DNA of 64,000 bases from Arcobacteraceae bacterium (GCA_963662945.1 OY759974.1:1856001-1920000); one strand, 5' to 3'. Shown: positions 1-11,653, counted from the first letter of the stretch. Notes: generated by a model from the sequence alone, not told the origin. Program-made: numbers and translations.

Positions 1-1229
1 ATAGAAGAATGCAGTTAGACGACGCAATGCAAGAAGAGATTATGCCAAAAAATATCCTTATGATAGGAAGTACTGGTGTAGGTAAAACTGAGATAGCTAG
101 ACGTATGGCAAAGATGATGAATTTGCCTTTTATTAAAGTTGAAGCAAGTAAATATACTGAAGTTGGTTATGTTGGAAGAGAAGTTGAATCTATGATAAAA
201 GATTTAGCACATGAGTCTTATAATCTAGTGACACGAGAATATGAAGAGCAAATCAAAGGTTCTATAGATGAAGAAGTAATTAGACAAATTGTAGAAATAC
301 TTGTTCCTCCATTACCAGAATCTGCAAGTGAAAATGCAAAAGAATCATTTATAAAAACTTATAATATGATGGAAACTAAAGTAAAAGATGGTTCAATGGA
401 TGATAAAAAAATTACTATAGAACTTCCTAAGACAACACATGTAGAGATTGTTGATAGTAATTTACCTATGGATATGAGTGCTATTAGCGAAAGCATCAAT
501 AATATGATGGGTAAAATGGGTAAAGAGAAGATTAAAAAAGAAGTTACTATCAAAGAAGCAAAAAAACAATTAAGAGTATTAGCTAGTGACTCTTTATTAG
601 ATAAAGAAGCTTTAAAACAAGAAGCGGTAAACAGATGCGAAAATGGTGGTATTATTTTTCTCGATGAGATAGATAAAATTGCAACTGGAAATACAAGTAA
701 AAACTCAGACCCAAGTAAAGAAGGGGTACAACGAGATTTACTTCCAATAGTTGAGGGAAGTAGTGTACATACAAGATATGGTCAAGTGAAAACAGATCAT
801 ATCTTATTTATAGCAGCTGGTGCATTTCATGTAAGTAAACCAAGTGATCTTCTTCCTGAATTACAAGGAAGATTTCCTTTAAGAGTAGAGTTAAATCCTC
901 TTGATGAAGAAGCATTATATAAGATTCTGACAAATACTAAAAACTCACTTTTAAGACAATATGAGGCGTTATTAAAAGTTGAAGGTGTAAATCTAGAGTT
1001 TGAAGATGAGGCAATCAGATCTTTTGCAAAATTAAGTGTTAGTGCCAATGAAAAAGCTGAAGATATAGGTGCTAGAAGATTACATACGGTTATTGAAAAA
1101 GTTTTAGAAGATATAAGTTTTGAAGCAGATGAGCATAATGGTGAGACAATAATAGTCACAAAAGAATTGGTTCATGAGAAATTAGAAGATATTGCTCAAA
1201 ACGAAGATACAGCAAGATATATTTTATAA
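1..1229 (+). CDS. hslU: ATP-dependent protease ATPase subunit HslU (5'-partial; frame is open from the window start)
   Basis: PKNILMIGSTGVGKTEIARR Walker A, IIFLDEIDKI Walker B, EGVQRDLLP, GARRLHT and C-terminal RYIL. Confidence 0.97.
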   Translation, partial: RRMQLDDAMQEEIMPKNILMIGSTGVGKTEIARRMAKMMNLPFIKVEASKYTEVGYVGREVESMIKDLAHESYNLVTREYEEQIKGSIDEEVIRQIVEILVPPLPESASENAKESFIKTYNMMETKVKDGSMDDKKITIELPKTTHVEIVDSNLPMDMSAISESINNMMGKMGKEKIKKEVTIKEAKKQLRVLASDSLLDKEALKQEAVNRCENGGIIFLDEIDKIATGNTSKNSDPSKEGVQRDLLPIVEGSSVHTRYGQVKTDHILFIAAGAFHVSKPSDLLPELQGRFPLRVELNPLDEEALYKILTNTKNSLLRQYEALLKVEGVNLEFEDEAIRSFAKLSVSANEKAEDIGARRLHTVIEKVLEDISFEADEHNGETIIVTKELVHEKLEDIAQNEDTARYIL

Positions 1230-1282
1230 TTACATAAGATAGGTTTGGTTAAAATAGTTAATAATTCATTTTGGAGAAAGTT

Positions 1283-1576
1283 ATGAAAATTTCAAGTTTT
1301 GAAGATGTAGAAGCAGCAGGTTACGATATTTGTTTTGTGCACAGTGGTTGTGATGGTGATGCGGATGTTGTAATATTGGATATAAACAGTATATTTGACT
1401 ATGAAGAGAAAAAACACGAAATTTGTAAAGATAAGTTCACTTCAATAGCAATTATTGATGATCCTAGCGATTATGATGCTTTTAAAAATTTTGGTATAAC
1501 AGCTTGGATTAAAAGAGAAGATGTTTCAAAGCTACCAGAGCTTTTAAAAGAAGTTGAAACAAGAATGGCTGCTTAG
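1283..1576 (+). CDS. small hypothetical protein, possibly a degenerate receiver-like domain
   Basis: GGAG at 1273-1276 then ATG 1283; DVVILD motif and alternating alpha/beta pattern. Confidence 0.6.
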   Translation: MKISSFEDVEAAGYDICFVHSGCDGDADVVILDINSIFDYEEKKHEICKDKFTSIAIIDDPSDYDAFKNFGITAWIKREDVSKLPELLKEVETRMAA

Positions 1577-1590
1577 TCTTTTTGTTATAA

Positions 1591-2376
1591 ATGTCGATTA
1601 TAGATACACATTGTCATCTTGATAATATACAATATCAAGGTGATATTGATGATGTTATACAAACTGCATTACAAAATGGTGTTGAAGCCTTTTTAATACC
1701 CGGTGCAGATCCAAAAGATTTACCAGTTGCTGTGGCTTTAAGTGAAAAATATGATGAGGTGTTTTTTGCTGTTGGAGTCCATCCTTATGATTTAGAGAAT
1801 TTTGATATAAATATTTTAGAAAAATATGTTACACATCCTAAGTGTATAGCTGTAGGAGAATGTGGTTTAGACTATTTTAGACTTCCTGATAATGAACAAG
1901 AAAAACTTCAAAATATACAACTCCAAAAAAATATTTTCATCGAACAAATAGAATTTGCAAAAAAAGTAAAAAAACCTTTAATAGTCCATATTAGAGATGC
2001 TTCTGATGATAGTAGAAGAATTCTTATAGAAAATAATGCTTCAGAAGTTGGTGGTGTTTTACATTGTTATAATGCAAGTGAACACTTACTAATTTTGAGT
2101 GAACATAATTTTTATTTTGGTATTGGTGGGGTAGTTACTTTTAAAAATGCAAAAAAACTTGTGGAAATTTTACCAAAAATACCGTTGGATAAACTTCTTA
2201 TAGAAACAGATGCACCTTATTTGACTCCACATCCTTTCAGAGGAACAAGAAATGAACCAATTTATACAAATGATATAGCGGTTAAAATTTCAGAAATCTT
2301 AAAAAAAACAAAAAATGAGATAGAAAATCTTACCACAAATAATGCAAAAGCCCTATTTAAAGAGTTTAATAGATAA
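1591..2376 (+). CDS. tatD: TatD family metal-dependent nuclease
   Basis: IIDTHCHL, GVHP, GECGLDY, HIRDA, LLIETDAPYL. Confidence 0.95.
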   Translation: MSIIDTHCHLDNIQYQGDIDDVIQTALQNGVEAFLIPGADPKDLPVAVALSEKYDEVFFAVGVHPYDLENFDINILEKYVTHPKCIAVGECGLDYFRLPDNEQEKLQNIQLQKNIFIEQIEFAKKVKKPLIVHIRDASDDSRRILIENNASEVGGVLHCYNASEHLLILSEHNFYFGIGGVVTFKNAKKLVEILPKIPLDKLLIETDAPYLTPHPFRGTRNEPIYTNDIAVKISEILKKTKNEIENLTTNNAKALFKEFNR

Positions 2377-2425
2377 ATTTAGCTAAAATATATACAATTA
2401 TTAAATTTAAATAAAAGGTATTTGT

Positions 2426-3811
2426 TTGAAATTGTTTTTAAAAATAATATTATTGTCTGTTATAGCATCATTTTTGAATGCTACATTAGTAAGTACGGCA
2501 TTTGTAAATAGTGATTTAAGAGTTTTAGAAGAATTAGATATAAGTAGTGAATATATTACAGATTATCAACTACAGCAAGAGTTTCAAAACAGTTTAAAAT
2601 ATACACAGAAACGATATACACAAAAATTAAATAATGCATATTTATTCGTTCCTAAAATCAAAAAAGTTTTAAGAGAAAATAATATTCCATCAGCATTCTT
2701 ATATTTAGTAATGGCGGAATCAAATTTTGTTTTAGATGCATCAAGTCATAAAAGCGCAAAAGGTATGTGGCAGTTTATGGAAGAAACAGCAAACCATTAT
2801 GGACTTAAAACTGATGAATTTATTGATGAAAGAATGGATATAGTAAAGTCAACACAAGCTGCAGTAAAATATCTTCAACGACTGCATGATATGTTTGATA
2901 AATGGTATTTAGCAGCAGTGGCATACAATTGTGGTGAAGGTAGAGTTATAGAAGGATTAACTCGAGCTACAATTGATATGTATTGTGATGATGTTGGATA
3001 TAAAGTTTGTCGAAAAGACCCTAAAATCAATGAATATAGAAAAGTGATTAGACTTTATCAAACAAGAAGAGTTAAATTTCATGAATTAAATAGAATTTAT
3101 AAAGAAGTAAAAAAATGGAAATATAAACCAGACATTGATAAACTTTTAGTGGTTCAAAAAAGTGTTAATCGTCAATATTTGCCAGAAGAGAGTCGTGGAT
3201 ATATAAGAAAAATCATTACACTTGCTATGATGAATAATAGTGATTTTTTAATTAAAGATGAAAATACACATCTTTTAAATAGAGGAATTAGTGACCCAAT
3301 TGCAAATATTGAGGTAAAAGGAGGAGTACTTTTACGAAATGTTGCAGAGGTTATAGGGATAGATAAAGATAAATTAAAAGAATTAAATCAACATATAAAG
3401 AGAAATATTTTACCTTTAGATAATGACACATATACACTGTATATTCCATATTCAAAACTTTCAAGATACAATGCAAATAAACAAAATTTAAAATCTACAC
3501 AATATGAAATTTATAAAGTTAAAAAAGGGGATACCTTAGCTTCTATAGGGAGACAATATTCTTTAAATTACAAAACAATAAAAAAACATAATCATTTAAA
3601 ATCAAATTTTTTAAGTCTTAATCAAGAATTGATAATCCCTATTGATCCAGATTTATATAAAAAACCTATTAATTATATTGTACGAGTTGGAGATACTTTA
3701 AATAAAATTGCTACAAAACATAATGTAGACTTTAAACAACTTATGAAAGACAATAACTTGAAAACAAGTATGATAAGAATAGGAGATAGAATTGTTATTA
3801 AGTTTAGATAA
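2426..3811 (+). CDS. mltD: lytic transglycosylase with two LysM domains (MltD-like)
   Basis: signal peptide, AES...GMWQF...AYNCG SLT motifs, two LysM repeats (YKVKKGDTL, YIVRVGDTL). Confidence 0.9.
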   Translation: MKLFLKIILLSVIASFLNATLVSTAFVNSDLRVLEELDISSEYITDYQLQQEFQNSLKYTQKRYTQKLNNAYLFVPKIKKVLRENNIPSAFLYLVMAESNFVLDASSHKSAKGMWQFMEETANHYGLKTDEFIDERMDIVKSTQAAVKYLQRLHDMFDKWYLAAVAYNCGEGRVIEGLTRATIDMYCDDVGYKVCRKDPKINEYRKVIRLYQTRRVKFHELNRIYKEVKKWKYKPDIDKLLVVQKSVNRQYLPEESRGYIRKIITLAMMNNSDFLIKDENTHLLNRGISDPIANIEVKGGVLLRNVAEVIGIDKDKLKELNQHIKRNILPLDNDTYTLYIPYSKLSRYNANKQNLKSTQYEIYKVKKGDTLASIGRQYSLNYKTIKKHNHLKSNFLSLNQELIIPIDPDLYKKPINYIVRVGDTLNKIATKHNVDFKQLMKDNNLKTSMIRIGDRIVIKFR

Positions 3812-4607
3812 ATTAGTAGCACTTTTTTTAATTTTATTTTTTACAGGATGTGGTAGTCGATATGGCTATGTAGATAAAAGTTACTACTCTTCATCTTATT
3901 CAAATCAACAATATCAAAAAACAGCATCAACAAGTTCAAAAATTAATGATAGTCAAGCGATGCATAGAGCTACCATGCGTCCTTATGAGGTATTTGGAAA
4001 AACGTATCATCCTACTGTTGCACATGTTAATGATCAATTTGAAGGTATAGCATCTTGGTATGGTCCAGATTTTCATGCAAAAAAAACTAGTAATGGTGAA
4101 ATCTACAATATGTATGCACAAACAGCGGCACATAAAACATTACCTATGAATACAATGGTTCGAGTGGACAACTTAGATAATGGGAAAAGTACAATTGTTA
4201 GAATTAATGATAGAGGACCTTTTGTTACTGGTAGAATAATAGATCTCTCAAATAAAGCAGCTCATGATGTTAATATGGTAAAAAAAGGGACTGCAAAAGT
4301 ACGATTAACAGTTCTTGGTTTTAATGGAAAAATAGCTAAAACTTATGAAGAAAAACAAGAAACAGCAACTGTTGGGAACTACTATGTTCAGGTTGGTGTA
4401 TTTGCAAGAGTTGAAGGTGCAAATATAACAAAACGAAAATTTGAAATGATTTTAGATGAAAATAAATATCGAGTTGTTCTAAAAGATGGAATGTTAAATG
4501 GTACAAAGATAAAAAGAGTATGGATTAGTGGATTTAGAAGTGAAGATGAAGCACGAGATTTTAAAGAAACAAATAATCTAAAAACAGCTATGATTATAGC
4601 TCAATAA
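3792..4607 (+). CDS. rlpA: septal ring lytic transglycosylase RlpA lipoprotein with SPOR domain
   Basis: lipobox FTGC, GIASWYG, TAAHKTLP, VRINDRGPF, RIIDLS; C-terminal YYVQVGVF SPOR-like region. Confidence 0.93.
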   Translation: MLLSLDKLVALFLILFFTGCGSRYGYVDKSYYSSSYSNQQYQKTASTSSKINDSQAMHRATMRPYEVFGKTYHPTVAHVNDQFEGIASWYGPDFHAKKTSNGEIYNMYAQTAAHKTLPMNTMVRVDNLDNGKSTIVRINDRGPFVTGRIIDLSNKAAHDVNMVKKGTAKVRLTVLGFNGKIAKTYEEKQETATVGNYYVQVGVFARVEGANITKRKFEMILDENKYRVVLKDGMLNGTKIKRVWISGFRSEDEARDFKETNNLKTAMIIAQ

Positions 4608-4616
4608 GGACACTAA

Positions 4617-5189
4617 ATGGAAAAATTAGAACGAGTTACTAAAGAAACAAAAATTAGTTGTAGTTTAGATATTAACGGAACTGGAAAATCATCAATAAAA
4701 ACTAATATTGGCTTTTTTGATCATATGTTAGAAGCATTAAGTAAGCATAGCGGTATTGATATTGAGCTTACTTGTGATGGTGATTTGCATGTTGATGATC
4801 ATCATAGTGTAGAAGATTGTGGAATAGTAATAGGGCAACTTCTTAAAAAAGCAATATTTCCAATTGCAAATGTAGAGAGATATGGTAATGCAACTGTAGT
4901 GATGGATGAAGCAAGTGTAACTTGTGCATTAGATTTAAGTAATCGACCTTTTTTAGTATATGAGATGGATATATTTGGAAAAGTTGGTTCATTTGATGTT
5001 GAGTTGGCTGAAGAGTTTTTTCATGCTTTAGTTATGAATAGTGGAATTACAGCACACATTATTCAAGATAGAGGAAGAAATAAACACCATATTATTGAAG
5101 CAGCATTTAAATCTTTTGCAGTTGCTCTTCGTCGTGCATTAGTAAAAAATGAGAAGTTAGGAATTCCTAGTACTAAAGGTGTATTATAA
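4617..5189 (+). CDS. hisB: imidazoleglycerol-phosphate dehydratase
   Basis: GFFDHML, DDHHSVED, NKHHIIEAAFK, PSTKGVL. Confidence 0.97.
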   Translation: MEKLERVTKETKISCSLDINGTGKSSIKTNIGFFDHMLEALSKHSGIDIELTCDGDLHVDDHHSVEDCGIVIGQLLKKAIFPIANVERYGNATVVMDEASVTCALDLSNRPFLVYEMDIFGKVGSFDVELAEEFFHALVMNSGITAHIIQDRGRNKHHIIEAAFKSFAVALRRALVKNEKLGIPSTKGVL

Positions 5190-5190
5190 T

Positions 5191-5685
5191 ATGATAGAAT
5201 TAATTATCATTGACGTTGATGGTACATTAACAGATGGTTCCATTGTTTACACAAATAGTGGTGATGAGTTAAAAAGTTTTGATGTTAAAGATGGTTTAGC
5301 TATAGCTTCTTGGACTAAAAAGATGGGAAAAAAAGCTGCTATTATAACAGGAAGAAAATCACAACTTGTAGAACGAAGAGCAAAAGAATTGGGTATTACA
5401 CATCTGTATCAAGGATATGATAATAAAGATGAGATATTAGAAAAAATACTACAAGAAGAAAATCTTACTTGGGCACAAACAGCTGCTATTGGCGATGATT
5501 TAAATGATTATAAAATGTTAAAAAAAGTGGGGCTTTCTTTTTGTGTTGCTGATGCTGTTGATGATATTAAATCTATGGTAAACATTGTATGTAAAAAAAA
5601 TGGTGGTTCTGGGGCTGTAAGAGAGATGATTGAGTATATAATACAAGAAGACCAGCTAAAAGGTTTAAAAGAACTATGGGTATAA
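5191..5685 (+). CDS. kdsC: KDO 8-phosphate phosphatase (HAD family)
   Basis: DVDGTLTDG, FDVKDG, IITGR, GDDLND, GGSGAVRE; upstream of lptC-lptA. Confidence 0.93.
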   Translation: MIELIIIDVDGTLTDGSIVYTNSGDELKSFDVKDGLAIASWTKKMGKKAAIITGRKSQLVERRAKELGITHLYQGYDNKDEILEKILQEENLTWAQTAAIGDDLNDYKMLKKVGLSFCVADAVDDIKSMVNIVCKKNGGSGAVREMIEYIIQEDQLKGLKELWV

Positions 5686-6197
5686 ATAAGTTCATATATT
5701 TTTTACTTATATGTTCCATATTAGTTTTATTTTATGAAAAAGATGAAAAAGTTGTCGTTACAAACAATCAAGAAAAACCAGAAATTAGTTTTTATAGTTC
5801 TACTGCTTATGATATAACCACAGAAGGAGTAAATCAGGTTGTGCGTTCTAATGAGGCTTATATGTATAAAACCAGAGAAGAGTTAGTCTCAGGAACTCTA
5901 ATAAGTAAGGGTGAAACAGCAAATAGTGCAAATATAGTAAGTGGAGATCATTTTCTTAAAATAGGAAATCAATTATATATTGATGGTAATGTAAATCTGC
6001 AATTAGAAAATGATATTGATATTACAACAGAACAATTAGAGTATAACATTCAAACAAAGATAGCAAAAAATAGTTTACCTTTTGAAGCTATACAATATAA
6101 TCATACTTTTGATGGTAATAATTTATATTTAGATTTAATGAAAAAGTATATTAAAGCAGATAATACAAAAATGAAAATAGAGGTTATAAATGAATAA
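5676..6197 (+). CDS. lptC: LPS export protein LptC-like
   Basis: N-terminal TM anchor, beta-rich body, position between kdsC and lptA. Confidence 0.7.
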   Translation: MGINKFIYFLLICSILVLFYEKDEKVVVTNNQEKPEISFYSSTAYDITTEGVNQVVRSNEAYMYKTREELVSGTLISKGETANSANIVSGDHFLKIGNQLYIDGNVNLQLENDIDITTEQLEYNIQTKIAKNSLPFEAIQYNHTFDGNNLYLDLMKKYIKADNTKMKIEVINE

Positions 6198-6690
6198 ATT
6201 AATAAGTATATTGTTTTTAATAATTAGTTTTAATTACGTAAGTGCAGAAGAAACATATCTTAATATTGATGCATCATTTTTTGAAGCAGATGAAACAAAG
6301 CAAATTATGATATTTAAAGGGAATGTAAAAATGACTAAAAACAAAGATATTTTACTTTGTAAAAAATTAGTTATTAATACAGTACCATCAAAAGATAATT
6401 CGAAAAAACAAATACCAAAAGATTATAAAGCAACAGGAGATGTTCATTTTACAATACATACAGCTCAAAATATCTTAAAAGGTAAGGGTGATACTGTGTT
6501 ATATTACCCAGATGAATTAAAATATATCATTATAGGAAATGGGTATTTAGAAGATACAAAAGAGGGTAAAAAAGTTACCGCAAATAAAATTTATATAGAT
6601 GAAAAAACAGGACATACAAAAATAGATGGTGATGCAAATAAACCAGTAAAATTTAGACTTAAAATTGAAGAAAAGAAGGAACAAAAGTGA
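6190..6690 (+). CDS. lptA: LPS transport periplasmic protein LptA
   Basis: signal peptide; FKGNV, ATGDV, GNGYL OstA-like strands. Confidence 0.8.
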   Translation: MNKLISILFLIISFNYVSAEETYLNIDASFFEADETKQIMIFKGNVKMTKNKDILLCKKLVINTVPSKDNSKKQIPKDYKATGDVHFTIHTAQNILKGKGDTVLYYPDELKYIIIGNGYLEDTKEGKKVTANKIYIDEKTGHTKIDGDANKPVKFRLKIEEKKEQK

Positions 6691-7304
6691 AAGATTTAAA
6701 AATAGTTGATGCAGCTTTTGCAACTTCTGCACAAAGATTAGATGATTCTCCACCACCAGATAAAGCAGAAATTGCTTTTTTAGGAAGAAGTAATGTTGGA
6801 AAAAGTTCTCTTTTAAATTCTTTGACAAAAAGAAAAACACTTGCAAAATCTTCTTCTACACCTGGAAAAACACAACTAATTAATTATTTTGATATTACAT
6901 TTAAAGATTATAATGAAGAGAATGAGTTAAAAAACTATTATGCACGATTTGTAGATTTACCAGGATTTGGATACGCAAAAGTTTCAAAATCATTAAAAAA
7001 AAATTGGCATAAAAATTTAACAGACTTTTTAGAACAAAGAGCTTCATTACAAATTTTTGTACATCTTATTGATTCAAGACACTCAACACTAGATATTGAT
7101 AAAAGTGTTGATGAGTTTTTAAATCACATTAAAAGAGGTGATCAGATTATTATTAATGCTTTTACAAAAATTGATAAATTAAAACAAACAGAATTACAAA
7201 AATTACAAAGAGAATATCCAGATGGAATTTTTATAAGTAATTTAAAGAATAAGGGTATGCAAGCTTTAGAAAAAAGAATTGCTGATTATTTATTTGGAGA
7301 ATAG
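6687..7304 (+). CDS. engB: ribosome biogenesis GTPase YihA/YsxC
   Basis: GRSNVGKSS, PGKTQLINYF, VDLPGFGYAKVS, TKIDK. Confidence 0.95.
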   Translation: MKDLKIVDAAFATSAQRLDDSPPPDKAEIAFLGRSNVGKSSLLNSLTKRKTLAKSSSTPGKTQLINYFDITFKDYNEENELKNYYARFVDLPGFGYAKVSKSLKKNWHKNLTDFLEQRASLQIFVHLIDSRHSTLDIDKSVDEFLNHIKRGDQIIINAFTKIDKLKQTELQKLQREYPDGIFISNLKNKGMQALEKRIADYLFGE

Positions 7305-7307
7305 GGT

Positions 7308-7772
7308 ATGGAAAAATTGAATTTTTTTAAACCAAATGTATTAGATATAGAAAAAATGCAAAAACTAGTTGCACGTGATGTGGAAAATGGTAACATTCTA
7401 GATAGAAATTATAATGAGATGGCCACAACAATTCGTTCATATACAGCAGTGAAAGATGGCGATGATATTGTAGGTTTCATTGCTCTTCATATACATACTG
7501 TAGAGTTAGCTGAAATTAGAAGTTTAGTTGTTCAAGAAAGTTATAGAAATCATGGAATTGCAAAAGAGCTTATTCAAAAGGCAATAGATGAAGCAAAATT
7601 TCTAAATTTAAAAAAGTTATTAGTGCTTACCTATAAGAAACAATTATTTGAATTTTTTAATTTTGTGGAAATTCCAAAAGAGAGTATTCCAGAAACAAAA
7701 ATATGGGCAGATTGTATTAAATGTAAACATTTTCCTGTTTGTGATGAAGTTTCTTTAGTGTTGGATATTTAA
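7308..7772 (+). CDS. argA: short GNAT N-acetyltransferase, probable N-acetylglutamate synthase
   Basis: LAEIRSL, LLVLTY, KIWADCIKCKHFPVCDE, typical of short ArgA/ArgO. Confidence 0.75.
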   Translation: MEKLNFFKPNVLDIEKMQKLVARDVENGNILDRNYNEMATTIRSYTAVKDGDDIVGFIALHIHTVELAEIRSLVVQESYRNHGIAKELIQKAIDEAKFLNLKKLLVLTYKKQLFEFFNFVEIPKESIPETKIWADCIKCKHFPVCDEVSLVLDI

Positions 7773-7822
7773 TCTAATTTTTGTATAATAACCAATATTG
7801 AGACTTTATATAAGTAAGGATA

Positions 7823-9001
7823 TTGAAGATGTTTTTTAATAGTGGACTAAAACAGGAATTGGAATCTTCTAAAAATCAAATAGAGATTTTAAAAAAAGAA
7901 AAAGATGAGTTAGGAATTGAAGTAGATACTTTAAATAAAAAGTTATTAACCAATGAACAAACTAATCAGACATTAGTAAAAGAGTTACAACAGTTAAAAG
8001 ATGAGATCGTCCATTTAAAAGAACATCAAGTCCAAGAAAAATCTATAGATACAAAGGATGAAAAATTAAAAACTCTTTTTAAATATCAAAATGATAATCT
8101 TAAAAAAGGTCTTTTAGATATTCAAGCAAATATTTCAGAGTCTACAGAATTAGCAAGAACAAATTTAAGTGAGTCTTATAAAATAAATTCTACTTATGAA
8201 GAATCTAAAAACAAATTAAATACTATAGTCAATGATATTGCTTCATTAAATAATAATGCTACAGAAATTAATAGTGTTGTAAGTGAGTTGAATACAAAAG
8301 CTTCAAATATTGCTGATGCTGTTGTAACTATTGATCAAATATCTTTCCAAACAAATATTTTATCTTTAAACGCAGCAGTAGAAGCTGCAACAGCAGGAGA
8401 AGCTGGTAAAGGTTTTGCAGTTGTTGCACAAGAGGTACGAAATCTTGCTACAAGAAGTGCTGAAGCCGCTAAAGAGATTACGAATGTAGTAAATTCTATC
8501 CAAGATAGTGTCGAACAAACAAATAAAAAATTTGCAATTATGACAAAAGCAATAGATGATATTTCCAATGAAACAGTAAGTTATTCTACAAATATCAATG
8601 ATGTTATGGTAACTTCAAAAGATACTTTTGCGGGGCTTGGTCATATTACAGATAGAATCTTTATGAGTTTAGCAAAACTGGATCATGTTATTTGGAAAGT
8701 AAACACATATTTATCTGTAGCAAATAAGGAACCAGCATTTGCGTTTGTTGACCATAAAAACTGTAGACTTGGTAAATGGTACAATGAAGGATTAGGGAAA
8801 AGATATTTTGCTAATACACCTAGTTATTCAAAATTAGATAATCCACATTCACGTGTACATAATGGTACACATCATGTCTTTGATGAAATTAAAAAAGAGA
8901 AGTTAGATTATGACAAACTTTTAACTTCATTTAAAGAGATGGAAGATGCTAGTGATGAAGTATTTGCACTTTTAGATAGAATACTTCACGAACGAGGTTA
9001 A
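7823..9001 (+). CDS. soluble chemoreceptor with C-terminal CZB zinc-binding domain
   Basis: [37 protein letters not shown] tip; CZB DHVIWK...[10 protein letters not shown]...HSRVH; no TM segment; start may be ATG 7829. Confidence 0.9.
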   Translation: MKMFFNSGLKQELESSKNQIEILKKEKDELGIEVDTLNKKLLTNEQTNQTLVKELQQLKDEIVHLKEHQVQEKSIDTKDEKLKTLFKYQNDNLKKGLLDIQANISESTELARTNLSESYKINSTYEESKNKLNTIVNDIASLNNNATEINSVVSELNTKASNIADAVVTIDQISFQTNILSLNAAVEAATAGEAGKGFAVVAQEVRNLATRSAEAAKEITNVVNSIQDSVEQTNKKFAIMTKAIDDISNETVSYSTNINDVMVTSKDTFAGLGHITDRIFMSLAKLDHVIWKVNTYLSVANKEPAFAFVDHKNCRLGKWYNEGLGKRYFANTPSYSKLDNPHSRVHNGTHHVFDEIKKEKLDYDKLLTSFKEMEDASDEVFALLDRILHERG

Positions 9002-11301
9002 ATAGCTATTCTCGTTGATAACAAATCATCAATTACTGTTTGACGGTTTGTTATTTCCAATTTCTTACAAGCACTTTTAAAAGCCTCATCTTCTCCAACA
9101 ACATAACACATACTTTTTGCTCTTGTAATTGCTGTATAAAGTAATTTTGTATTATGCATAATAAAATGACTAAAACTCATGGGAATAAGTGCATTTTCAT
9201 ACTCCATACCTTGTGTTTTATGAATTGTGAGACAATAAGCAAGTGAAATTAAACTATCGAGTGTATCAAAATCATAAAATACTACCATATCATCAGTTGG
9301 ATAAAGTACTAGTAGTTTAGTATTGTCATAATCTATTTTTATCACCATTCCAAGTTGACCATTAAATACTCTTTTTTCTACATATTCAGTTGAGCCGCTT
9401 TTATAGCTAGTCATTGTTTGTGATTTCATATTTTCATTTTTAATATGTATTACTTTATCTGCTAATTTATATTCATAGGTTTTAGTTTGTATCCCTGCAG
9501 ATTTAGTGTTATTGATAAGTTTTTGTAGATTGATATTTAAATTTTCAACACCAAGCGGTCCATTTTTGATAGGTGTTATAACTTGAAAAAGTGTAAGAAA
9601 TTTATCAATTTGTTTTTCTTGAATATATTTATACATGGGTTCTATATAATTTGCAGTAATATTTAAAATAGTGTGTAAAATATTAAGATTATTTTCAGTT
9701 CGCAAAGTATTTATCTCATAATCACTTAAAACAGCTTTTTGCACATAATAGTTAGCAATTGAGACATCAATAAATTTAAAATCTTCATAATCATCTTTAT
9801 ATTGTGGAACTTGACCACATCGTATCTCATTTGCAATAACAGCTATTGCTTGATGTTCATTTTGTCTATATATTTTTGTGAGTTTACAAATAGGTGCTAG
9901 TTCATATTTAATAGCATCTCTTAGTATATCTCCAGCGCCAATTGCAGGAAGTTGTCCATCATCTCCAACGATTATTAAAATTGTATCAGGATCGATTCTA
10001 GATAATATTTTATAAAAAGTGACACTATTAACCATGCTTGATTCATCAATAAGTATTACTTTATAATCAAAATAATCTTTATCACTATTTTCTATTTTTA
10101 CTAAGGAAGATTGAATAGTACTACTTTTATAACCTGTTGTATCAGATATTCTTTGAGCAGCGATTCCACTAAGTGCCATACAATGAATATCATCATAACT
10201 AATTATCTCTTCAAGTAGTTCAAGTATTGCACGACTTGAGGTAGATTTACCAGTTCCTGCATAACCAATGAGTAAAATAGTATTTTCCCCATCATTGATA
10301 AGACTTACTGCTTTTTGTTGCTCACTACTAAGGGTAAAGCCTAAGCTTTCTTGTTTTTTAGTGATATAAGTTTCAAAGTCTTTAATAATTTTTTTATCTC
10401 TGTTATGTGCTTTTCTATTTTTTAAAATGTCTAAAATTTTTGTTTCACATCGAAAATAAATATTTGGAGCAAATCTATCTTTTATAGTTTCATTTATCTC
10501 CTCTTTAGCTAGAAGACTTATAAGTGCATTTTCGTATAAAGTATCTTTTTCTTTAAAGTTTAGTGCCTCATTCATAAGTGAAAAAAGTTGTTCTTTACTT
10601 ATGGAACTATTTCCATTTGCTTCACAAAATTCTCTTAATGTATAGTTCATACATGCAGTAATTCGAAAGTTACTTTCTTTATCAATACCAAGTTTTGTGC
10701 CTATCTCATCTGCTCTTTTAAATCCTATTCCTTTTATGGAAGTAAGCATATAAGGGTTTTCCTTGATTTTTTCTATGAGGTTTTCTACATTCTCAAAATA
10801 TTGATATATTTTATTGATAAAACTACTACTTACTCCAAATTGTGCTAAGAAACTTCCAAGTTCACGAAGATGTTTAAACTTATTCCAAGAAGTCACTATT
10901 TGTGTGAGTTTTTTTTCTTTTATTCCTTTAAATTCTAAAAGTTTAGCAGGAGTATTATCAAGAATTTCACATAATTCATCATCGTCATATTTTTGCGTTA
11001 ATTCTAATGCAAGTTTTTTTGAGACACCTTTTACTATTCTCGTTAAAAAGAAAAATATTTCAGCTTCTTTAAGTTCCAGTGATGTAAAAACAAATTGTAC
11101 TCCATATTTTTTATGGGTGTTCCAACGTCCTGTGATAATGATTTCACTACCAACAAGTTTTTCTAAATCTGTATCAAAATATTGACCACAAATTTTTTGA
11201 TCATTTTCAAGAACTGCTATGTAGTAATTATTCTCTTGATTAAAGAAAAGTATTTTTTTTAAAGTTCCTGATAATTTGAAAGATTCATTAGTATCCATCA
11301 T
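8998..11301 (-). CDS. recD2: RecD2-like SF1B helicase
   Basis: HhH motifs (KGIGFKRAD), [38 protein letters not shown]. Confidence 0.9.
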   Translation of the reverse strand: MMDTNESFKLSGTLKKILFFNQENNYYIAVLENDQKICGQYFDTDLEKLVGSEIIITGRWNTHKKYGVQFVFTSLELKEAEIFFFLTRIVKGVSKKLALELTQKYDDDELCEILDNTPAKLLEFKGIKEKKLTQIVTSWNKFKHLRELGSFLAQFGVSSSFINKIYQYFENVENLIEKIKENPYMLTSIKGIGFKRADEIGTKLGIDKESNFRITACMNYTLREFCEANGNSSISKEQLFSLMNEALNFKEKDTLYENALISLLAKEEINETIKDRFAPNIYFRCETKILDILKNRKAHNRDKKIIKDFETYITKKQESLGFTLSSEQQKAVSLINDGENTILLIGYAGTGKSTSSRAILELLEEIISYDDIHCMALSGIAAQRISDTTGYKSSTIQSSLVKIENSDKDYFDYKVILIDESSMVNSVTFYKILSRIDPDTILIIVGDDGQLPAIGAGDILRDAIKYELAPICKLTKIYRQNEHQAIAVIANEIRCGQVPQYKDDYEDFKFIDVSIANYYVQKAVLSDYEINTLRTENNLNILHTILNITANYIEPMYKYIQEKQIDKFLTLFQVITPIKNGPLGVENLNINLQKLINNTKSAGIQTKTYEYKLADKVIHIKNENMKSQTMTSYKSGSTEYVEKRVFNGQLGMVIKIDYDNTKLLVLYPTDDMVVFYDFDTLDSLISLAYCLTIHKTQGMEYENALIPMSFSHFIMHNTKLLYTAITRAKSMCYVVGEDEAFKSACKKLEITNRQTVIDDLLSTRIAI

Positions 11302-11653
11302 TAAATTGTTTCTTCTTATGTTTATCTTTTTTATATCGATTATTATTTTTGAGTTTTTCTAATAAGTTAGATTTTTTAAGTATAAGTGCTTTTTCTGTTT
11401 CAAAGTCTTTTGAGTGTTCCTGTAGAGTATCTAAAATGGTTTGTGCTAGGTTTTTAACAGCAACTGGATATTCACTATAAAGTTCACATACTTTTGCTTT
11501 TTGAAGCTCTCCATACGCTTTTAGAGTAGCTTTTTTATAAAGTTCTAGATCAAAATTATCGTATTTCAAAAGAGAAATAGCTTTTGTATTAAATTTTTCT
11601 AGAACTCTAATATATCTTAGTCGTATTGTTTTTTCATTAACTTCTTTTTGCAT
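11288..11653 (-). CDS. hypothetical protein
   Basis: 121-aa ORF packed between argJ and recD2. Confidence 0.7.
   Translation of the reverse strand: MQKEVNEKTIRLRYIRVLEKFNTKAISLLKYDNFDLELYKKATLKAYGELQKAKVCELYSEYPVAVKNLAQTILDTLQEHSKDFETEKALILKKSNLLEKLKNNNRYKKDKHKKKQFNDGY

Noticed and set aside
8330-8480. near-repeat of 61020-61170
   Set aside because: Ordinary conservation of the chemoreceptor signalling tip between paralogues.
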